Position numbers and translations under genes: made by a program
Notes under the pieces: generated by a model
What the model was told of the DNA's origin: nothing
What the model saw: the letters and a program-made list of their open reading frames with translations, nothing else
The model's database searches: none
Shown here: in pieces, positions 59,301-64,000 of the stretch
Position numbering within the stretch: position 1 is the stretch's first letter
How the letters are laid out: every line of letters begins with the position of its first letter
Source of the DNA: a virus
DNA length: 64,000 bases
Direction: 5' to 3' (one strand)
Virus record (IMG/VR): IMGVR_UViG_3300044695_006284
Location: 1-64,000 of that record

Positions 59301-61711
59301 AGGATCCAAAGTATATGGGTGGGTCAAGAATTTTTGCAGGTACAAAGGTAAGCATAAAGAAGTTTGCAGAAGGTGGAAAAGTCGTAAACTCATTAACTAA
59401 TTCTGGAAATTGGATTAGTGGGCCTATAACAGTACCAAGACAAAAGAAGCCAGGGGTTCCATATTCAAGATCTGGAAAACCAATAGGAAACCCTTTTGGT
59501 CAATATTGGGGAGAGCTTTCTAGATTTATTGGCCCACGTAGCCCAGGAATGGATATTTGGGGCGGAACAGAAATACCAGGGCTTAAGTTTACTGGAAAGG
59601 TTCCACAGCATTCAGACTACATGCATCAGATGCTTGAGCAGCCACGTAAGCCGTTTGCAAGCCCAGGAATGGGTATAGATAGAGATCCAATGCGATATGC
59701 AGGCTCTGGCGCCTCTATGGGCGGCATTGGCAATGGAGCATACGGACTTGGCCCATTAATGTTCCATGCTGGCGGTCCAGTAGGGCACACTCATTCAAGC
59801 GCACCTCATGACCTAGGTATGAGATCGTTTGGTTTAAGCAGAAAGCAAACCGAAGCTGAGAAGATGAGACTTCAGCTTACTCCACTTAAGTCTGAAAACC
59901 AAAAACAAAAAGCAAGAAAGAACAAAAATCTTTCATATTATGAATCTAAAATAGATGATCCTATAAATAACTACTCAGAGGGATTTGGTAAAGTATTCAC
60001 TCGTTCCCCATTCGGACTTCTTGCGCCACTTACATCATTAGCTTCAGATCTTTTGGGTGTTTACTTTCAAGGTAAAACTCCAACATTTGCAAAAGATGGA
60101 ATTGGAAAAGCTTTAAATCCAACATCTTATGAATCAGATGTTTCTAGCTTGATGAAAGCTATGATTCATCCTTTCGGAGAAATTGCAAAGGGAAGCGCAA
60201 CTAAAGGTGATTGGGCTAATGCAGGATTAAATTTTGTTCCAGGAGTGGGTGCTCTAAAAGGAGTTAATACACTTCGTGCACGTTCTGCAGCATATAATTT
60301 AATAAATAAAGCAACTCTAGATTTACCAACAGAAGCTAGAGTTAGCCTTATTCCAAACGCTACACTTAGAAGTAATTTTGTGGCTCTTAAAAAAGCAGAT
60401 AAAGTTGACACACCAGAGTTTGCAAAAGCAAGATATGAACTTGCGCTATCTGATGCAATAAGAGCAGCAAGGAGAAATAATTTTACTTCACTACCAGATT
60501 TAAAAAATACCACTGCCGCTAATCTTATTGAAGAAAATAAGAATTTGCCAAAAATTATAGAAGAGTCTATTAAGGTAAACGGAAAAGATTATATTTTTAG
60601 GTTTGAAAAAGCAGATATTTTACCTACTGATGCAAAATACATAGACAAATTTATTGAAGGTTTAAAAGAAGGAAGAGTAACTTCAGAAGGCTTTGGCGCA
60701 GGTGGAATGCACCAAGCAGAGATTCTAGATCCTGTTACTAAAAAACAAATGTCCTGGATAAACTATGATCCAGTTACTGGACACATTAGCTATCGTGGAA
60801 CACATCCAGAATATAGATGGCTTCATCTTTCAGAAGCTTTATACAATAAAGCAGTTTCAATTACTAGAATAAAACATTCACCTACTTTAACTGACATGGG
60901 AAGGCCATCAGCTCTTCGTATCGGTGGGTTTATGGCAGATGATCCTTACTATGGTGCAACTTCAATTACTGGCATAAAGAGCTATCTAGATACACTAATG
61001 AAACTTAAAAAGTCTAAGAAAGCAAAGCCATCAACTGGAGAGCCAAGGAAAGGTATCGGATCTTGGGAAAATAATCATATAACTGAAACCGTATCCTCTG
61101 CACCAGCAACTCCTCGCTACCCCATTGACGAATTTAATGATCGAAACAGCATAATTGGCTGGCAGTTTGATAGAACTGCTGACCTTGATTCAGCTCTAAG
61201 TGCAGCACTTCGCCCAGAAACTATACGGTGGTTTGGAAGCACATACCGTACATCAGCAAACTTCCCATATGGTCCAGGCGGATATATAGAGCCAGCAGCT
61301 TTACCAGAGCTACAAAGAATTATTGAAGCAGAAAAACTTGCTAGACAGTCGGAGGCTAGCCGTGGCAGTTGGGGTATCATCCGCGGCGACGGATGGGCAA
61401 ATGGCGGGCTTGTACAAAACTTCTCAAATTCTTCATTAAAAAATCTAGGTTTACCAATGTTTGAAAATGGAATCAATATGGTTCCTGCAAATATGTTGGC
61501 AATGCTTCATAAAGATGAAGCTGTTATTCCAGCTAACATGAATCCATTTAATCCAAATGCTACGGCGGCAGCATCAGGATCAGTATATAATATTAATGTA
61601 GAATTAAATGGAACAAACGTGACAGCAAAAGATGTTGCACTAGAAATACGTAATGAAATGAGATTAAAAGAAATGGCAGCTGGAGTAAATAGAATGGTAG
61701 GCAAGCAATGA
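50375..61711 (+). CDS. 3778-aa tape measure protein with kinase-like, CHAP, LysM and GNAT-like modules
   Basis: TP901-type core (LTVGLTVP...); WCGAF/SHVG/TIEGN; YTV.RGDTLS.IA. Confidence 0.9.
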   Translation: MADEQIVTSIVAKADLSSLVSEVHRASSSLQQLQRELLASNRAISASTKLANNLFRDTLTGSGQFSSHFVNLNSDVDKFGKNLDSGRLKLKNYFQTFREHATTQKGMIRELAKEQVMLQNSVLQPLGRNAQGLMQYNVMIPRGLDAVKNSAQLARMELQIMNRALSEGAGSLINWGKNTQWAGRQLTVGLTVPLTMFGAAAGKAFREADQELVRLTKVYGGLAATSAADLKAIREEVVQTAKSLSQTMGASFKDTIALGADIAATGKMGNELLGSIEETTRLAILGEVDRQDAMKATLSIQTAFKQNTQQLTESINFLNAVENQTSTTLNDLVEAIPKAGPVIQQLGGSIEDLALYMTAMREGGINASEGANALKSGLASLINPTKQTVGIMSDFGIDVMGMVAKNTGDTTGMLLDLQKALNTLDPLSKARALEQMFGKFQFARMSALLNNLGKEGSQTLQVMDLMKASTSDLAGIAERELGMITESASGKYRRAMESLKAQLADVGDEFLGVATKLINAASKILEFFTNLPSPIKKALTFMAGFTALVGPLIMLTGVLANFFGYITKGIVQLRSFFMKANGWKMLTPEIIAAQKAAEMVENAFYSDAAAAQVLHNALQKLVLDYQNLQAASMKNAVPVNAGVSTVAGNTIVAPAHGRRVVDPDDPYVGDPNTRAMSHIRPRDPNNPATLFGGVPGAIPVNRGISRTPQIYMHDRLPNVEGLTSVKGISTGIVAPEAAKFHALMATLGMQTEQEIAALKKTIAMGGTVSRELLDTFDDILPITQRFADSAATQSALIVQQMRNAEITVDQAKARILALNAQIEADMGSAVSMYAAGRGRTIDLTRAPMMDQPVVDANGQFTLRDLYKKKTNAAVMEEFGRVRGVRTFGAPYSIQTTRMPKFNIGGEVESFGPNKTVVSGPSSVNYDDRLGSVPLGGYVLNQQAAMDPANAPLVAMAPSTYLNDGGNITAALTPREVVFGPQIQRMPELYAAVDAANSGYSFGGQIMRGTYGYGRDSVLSIWAKLVNSKDYPTVIKAATVASDAAILSQLTGMDIKDATKRVSSDYDEAIEYAKKAANQNGTRKTDEFVKARTAQLIRLSKEFPGANLILDEYSSKNKYNQKAKASRMKAISPETYAGTMKAVINDLIKDGVLTQRQANKVFGILGDATDFYDPISKSHTITAKRTASIFNAGELQDLLVEGGMSKAEAAKFADVTGVRSNNFVGQSTGLAKSFNSMGNWLQRRTDGTFIDEVSPFQDEAKSNFISGIKKLKDKLGIKGPATMEEIIRQLTLQRIKSASGFNSKMITTVAGRLRHISFAKPALGPLAGSFNKGGMIPGGSISRGRSNYGNIAPALRLLAPDKQLKILAKARELSSRGSLGKFADMPVTEYGHQISASTGMSYPVPGVSGLYKVGNKKVFVKGVPNELTAVHEPIGTQITRDLFGIHSPVQTARTVANPVDPSKKTKLLALESDYDPRFANTNVPWDEDTILRQLANSLLLNNKDLSRANVYGNFNPDVGQAGVLPKASGNTRLATADEMNSMEKQALINLLAVKGGARKDFARDTAPIIAKMSPKKYGRRMKKILEDARPKLVKIINGLPEDLRPPYQAMLKRLDDGIEVDWSQYHAVHANPKYLNAGGPVGGGPIRRGRYAYGPKKDGSRRPGNPAKAAAWDAKQREQRERDLAAERSRAASHQIQGQQALTTGLGREAARTGTTSFYNPGSLIFPQIGAQIRASLSYMSNSVIKGSVRLNLELLAAANKTANVYNRASSIVTTFANKAQASISSIANSVTNFGASKINAIVRAQNAFAANNYPVGQAPAQGFFGPGMIGRYKDLGDGIQSRKVGVLGARRTEYLVDGVTMSAKQARQAGVSIPQRANGMSVGAQMGIGMAGSMGGMALMGKEKVNIFGKETSGMNAGMMLMGATSILPMLPYVKALTALKSGASSAKAAIMGVTGAGAKAAQVVAQIARFAKAFSLVGVVATAAFGIFKMYQNYKDAQQDATMGLSMTARAAEEAGVKYFNLKETMQGYIDKQKVAAAAAKSSEFNSIGMPGLPRSIEDLKKAKEEGKALKDLIESLNRADGKQEAQRIINNQKAQMVAAGMSIEEANKKIYGALANSNKASQSYQLLADVQFGSIVDKASAASFAVGNLVSVLNSTDASSTLVGSGFEGLINTFDEATKSLVGTKDALGNAIDDYEAYKLVMSSAEEQFPGFNEEIGSDAYDKLKESQSLLAGISNEADSIKSILAKWKLFTSGINLDLKNIDSTLAIKLAGFSEAIATGISDLTAAADNSTTYGATGAALKKMQGIISANSAASQRAAAAEQRSSQEQLKIISKKIKLIEDEKNAKLDSLRATQDASNYALELQKLQIQYADAVSRGDMAAANQAKLDIDQLTMNRQSDLAQKAIEDAAKKAKEPLEKQAQAIQDKSDKKQIAMANNQDNAALAGEITAAIQKLQTTYNDLTSRAITATFLPEKQRVAEEAQIQSELIAFLKEMQKAGTGSTLLAKTVRESFPGYFDKDGKPLSPGTTTGGSPTGFDSKGKPIFPKITIPNLDSLAQFAKDLKSVVTLAEDITGGMNIKELAKSIATSLHYYKTRENNIPGSGTATSIKAANIVAKDGNAAANQAMRMTDSQTKKFTLPSDPTRKYSVFTYNSKTYAVDPISGTVYNFDSSLDILGAPVKDRKKMATGGSVKHFNPGGNVSGPGTSTSDSIPAMLSDGEWVIKADSVKKAEKEFGPSFFSDLNAGRFANGGKVSKMGTADSMIKAAESMIGYQEGRGNDTIFGKFAQKAYDLQTRYIAWCGAFINWAAKKSGVDLASMIWTPGGAQSFMKSGKWTTMNPRRGDLAFMDFPGDGVNRISHVGLVSNVLGKNSVSTIEGNTSGSGSQRSGGAVLRKVRQYNLKNAPVVGFGRPSYKPVDNIKYGYGTQEYYSADDAKSDYENERYTVNRGDTLSSIASKYGITVNKLMEMNPQLKDPKYMGGSRIFAGTKVSIKKFAEGGKVVNSLTNSGNWISGPITVPRQKKPGVPYSRSGKPIGNPFGQYWGELSRFIGPRSPGMDIWGGTEIPGLKFTGKVPQHSDYMHQMLEQPRKPFASPGMGIDRDPMRYAGSGASMGGIGNGAYGLGPLMFHAGGPVGHTHSSAPHDLGMRSFGLSRKQTEAEKMRLQLTPLKSENQKQKARKNKNLSYYESKIDDPINNYSEGFGKVFTRSPFGLLAPLTSLASDLLGVYFQGKTPTFAKDGIGKALNPTSYESDVSSLMKAMIHPFGEIAKGSATKGDWANAGLNFVPGVGALKGVNTLRARSAAYNLINKATLDLPTEARVSLIPNATLRSNFVALKKADKVDTPEFAKARYELALSDAIRAARRNNFTSLPDLKNTTAANLIEENKNLPKIIEESIKVNGKDYIFRFEKADILPTDAKYIDKFIEGLKEGRVTSEGFGAGGMHQAEILDPVTKKQMSWINYDPVTGHISYRGTHPEYRWLHLSEALYNKAVSITRIKHSPTLTDMGRPSALRIGGFMADDPYYGATSITGIKSYLDTLMKLKKSKKAKPSTGEPRKGIGSWENNHITETVSSAPATPRYPIDEFNDRNSIIGWQFDRTADLDSALSAALRPETIRWFGSTYRTSANFPYGPGGYIEPAALPELQRIIEAEKLARQSEASRGSWGIIRGDGWANGGLVQNFSNSSLKNLGLPMFENGINMVPANMLAMLHKDEAVIPANMNPFNPNATAAASGSVYNINVELNGTNVTAKDVALEIRNEMRLKEMAAGVNRMVGKQ

Positions 61712-62295
61712 GTTTTCAAAATCTAAGCAAGGGTTCAATTTTATATATAGAAGCTCTAGATCCATTTGCGATTAATACAGCAACAAATCAATTTAATTAT
61801 AAGGGGGCCAATGTTTCTGCTCCTGGTAATACATATACGGAATCAGCTGCAAATACAAATGGATTAGCATTTGCAAATGCAGGATCATTAGCATTTAGAA
61901 GACTAACAGAGCACAATAGAGATCCTCTTTCAATAAATACAGAAAGACGTGAGTCTAGCCAAAGAATGGCAAATGGAACACTTAGAAAATATTTTATTGC
62001 AGACAAGCTAAATCTTAGTGTTTCTTGGGAAATGGTTCCTTCATTTAGAAATGAAACAGTTGATGGTGCATGGGGAGCAGAAGATATAAAAAATTTTTAT
62101 GAAAGCTCGGCAGGACGAGGAACGTTTAGAGTTAAAATTAACCCAACAGTTTTTTCTCCTTCTTTAGTTGAAGGCACAGCCGCACTTTCAGACGATTATA
62201 CTTACACCATGTCTTTTACATCGTGTGATTTTGCTGTTATCAAAAGAGGCATCCAGCCGTTTTGGAGCGTTAATATATCTTTGGAGCAAGTATGA
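61708..62295 (+). CDS. distal tail/minor tail protein
   Basis: RMANGTLR.Y..A.K....VSW; follows the tape measure gene. Confidence 0.7.
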   Translation: MSFQNLSKGSILYIEALDPFAINTATNQFNYKGANVSAPGNTYTESAANTNGLAFANAGSLAFRRLTEHNRDPLSINTERRESSQRMANGTLRKYFIADKLNLSVSWEMVPSFRNETVDGAWGAEDIKNFYESSAGRGTFRVKINPTVFSPSLVEGTAALSDDYTYTMSFTSCDFAVIKRGIQPFWSVNISLEQV

Positions 62296-64000
62296 TATCG
62301 GCAAACGCCACAACAACTAATTTACTTAAAAAGGGTTACTCGATAACAACTTCAGCAGGAGCAACAATTGAGTATAACCTAAACTCAATGGTAGAGTATA
62401 TATCTGCTACATCCGATGCAATGGAAAATCCACACCCTGTTGCCTTCCAAAAATTATTTCCAATAGATACTATTTATAAACCATTTAGGCCACTGTCTCC
62501 AGGAATTAAGTACTTAGTTCATACAACTGGAAATACAGATACACCAAACCAATCCTTTGAAGATCCTAGAGGATATTCTATGGGAACAAAACCAAGACTA
62601 TACTATCCTGGACCAGATATGGTTTATAAGTATTGGCTTGCACCTAAAAATAAAAATATTAATATTTCATTAGAATATTTTTCTAATCAGGAAAAAACTA
62701 CACCCAAGCTAATACCAGCAAACAAAATAATTGCAAGATTTGAAACAAGTCACGACACTCCAACTTCATGGACAATAACCGCAGTTAAGCAAGATAATAC
62801 AACCATATCTGATACTGGAACCACACTTGTTAACGGAGAAGCATCAATATACTACAATGGTACTACATGGTCAACAACAGAACCTAGTACTTATACAACA
62901 ACTCAATATTTTAAAAAGATATCTTTATCTGCAATAAATTCAAATACTGGAAAGTTTATAGGGGTAATCGAGTTTAGTCCTAGATGGGTACTTCCACTTG
63001 ATTCAGATGTAGTTTCATTTTTAATTAACAAAGAAACAACATCAGACGATTCCTCTATTGTTCCAGTAGGAATAATAACTGCAAACTATTTAAGCTTATC
63101 TATAAATAAACCTCATTCTGAATCTGGGAAATTAATTGTTGAGTATGACAGATCATCCTCTACAATTGATAATACTAAAATTTATTTAGTTAAAAATTCA
63201 GTTATTAAGCCATATGTATTTATCGGAGACGGATCATCTTCTGAAAAAATTGTTCAAGGATTTTTTTATGTAAGTTCATGGTCACTATCAGAATTTGGAG
63301 AAGCTGCAATAGACGCTACAGATGCAGCAAAAATATTGCAGGATACAATGTGTCCTCAGATATTGGTTGAAGATTCTCCAGTAACCTCAATAATTAAAAG
63401 AGTGTTAGATTCTGTTGGATTTTCTACATATAAGATTAATATAAAAGAAATTAATAATCAAGATAGATCAATACCCACACTATCATACTGGTGGACAGAT
63501 GGGGACAAAACAGTTTGGGAAGTTCTTCAAGAGCTCTGTAGAGATATACAAATGAACGCTGTTGTTAATGAAAATAATATTTTAAACTTTTACAGCAGAG
63601 AGTTCATGTATGATAAAACAAAAGATGCAGTGTGGACATTTACTAGCGAAGATATAAAAAATGGTGCAGATTTAGTATACGCACCCAATATACAATCTTT
63701 AACAACAAAAGAGCTTTTTTCTGCAAATCAGGTTAGGGTTAGGTACTCCACAGCATTTGAGTCTTTAAATAGCGAATCTTCCTCACCGCTTTGGAAGTCT
63801 GAAACTTCATTTTTAGGAGCTGGAGCATTAGCAAAACCAATAACACTTTCCAGTACAGACTTCGAGCTTAATCCAAATACTGTAAATACGGCAAGAGTTG
63901 ATAGAATTATGGATCAATTTAACGGATATGTTTTAATTAATGGAGAGGTTATCGAATACGATGGTGTGTGGTATGAGTATCTTCCAAAAGAGGCGGACCC
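62292..64000 (+). CDS. large minor tail/baseplate protein, truncated by the window end
   Basis: ATGA overlap; MISANATTTNLLKKG...; appears open to the window end (not every codon checked). Confidence 0.7.
   Translation, partial: MISANATTTNLLKKGYSITTSAGATIEYNLNSMVEYISATSDAMENPHPVAFQKLFPIDTIYKPFRPLSPGIKYLVHTTGNTDTPNQSFEDPRGYSMGTKPRLYYPGPDMVYKYWLAPKNKNINISLEYFSNQEKTTPKLIPANKIIARFETSHDTPTSWTITAVKQDNTTISDTGTTLVNGEASIYYNGTTWSTTEPSTYTTTQYFKKISLSAINSNTGKFIGVIEFSPRWVLPLDSDVVSFLINKETTSDDSSIVPVGIITANYLSLSINKPHSESGKLIVEYDRSSSTIDNTKIYLVKNSVIKPYVFIGDGSSSEKIVQGFFYVSSWSLSEFGEAAIDATDAAKILQDTMCPQILVEDSPVTSIIKRVLDSVGFSTYKINIKEINNQDRSIPTLSYWWTDGDKTVWEVLQELCRDIQMNAVVNENNILNFYSREFMYDKTKDAVWTFTSEDIKNGADLVYAPNIQSLTTKELFSANQVRVRYSTAFESLNSESSSPLWKSETSFLGAGALAKPITLSSTDFELNPNTVNTARVDRIMDQFNGYVLINGEVIEYDGVWYEYLPKEAD

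Overview
The window is part of a large, AT-rich tailed-phage (siphovirus-like) genome. The host is probably an actinobacterium, inferred from an Lsr2-like protein, a parS site, RecA-NDp/PafBC-type promoters and leaderless genes. (i) ~2.2-13.9 kb is a leftward block of about 40 small genes plus tRNA-Asp. Its intergenic DNA is densely patterned with host-type cis elements: 15 TGTCAG-N10-TANNNT promoters matching the actinobacterial PafBC DNA-damage promoter, CRP-type TGTGA-N6-TCACA boxes phased in ~10-bp steps, paired DnaA boxes inside a nine-copy fixed-spacing element, a shared AACGAAAG leader, a candidate anti-leader sRNA and two covarying pseudoknots. (ii) 14.5-20 kb holds tRNA-Ile(UAU), parS, a sulfotransferase, a 2OG-Fe(II) oxygenase, a second candidate sRNA, a lytic transglycosylase, a class II RNR and a holin. 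(iii) 20-41 kb holds tail fibre/appendage genes, including two Pro-rich-repeat proteins with Hint domains that are followed by prolyl-hydroxylase-like oxygenases. (iv) 41-64 kb holds portal, protease, capsid, neck and tail genes, a -1 frameshift chaperone and a 3778-aa tape measure protein carrying kinase-like, CHAP, LysM and GNAT-like modules. All calls come from reading motifs by eye; no database searches were run.
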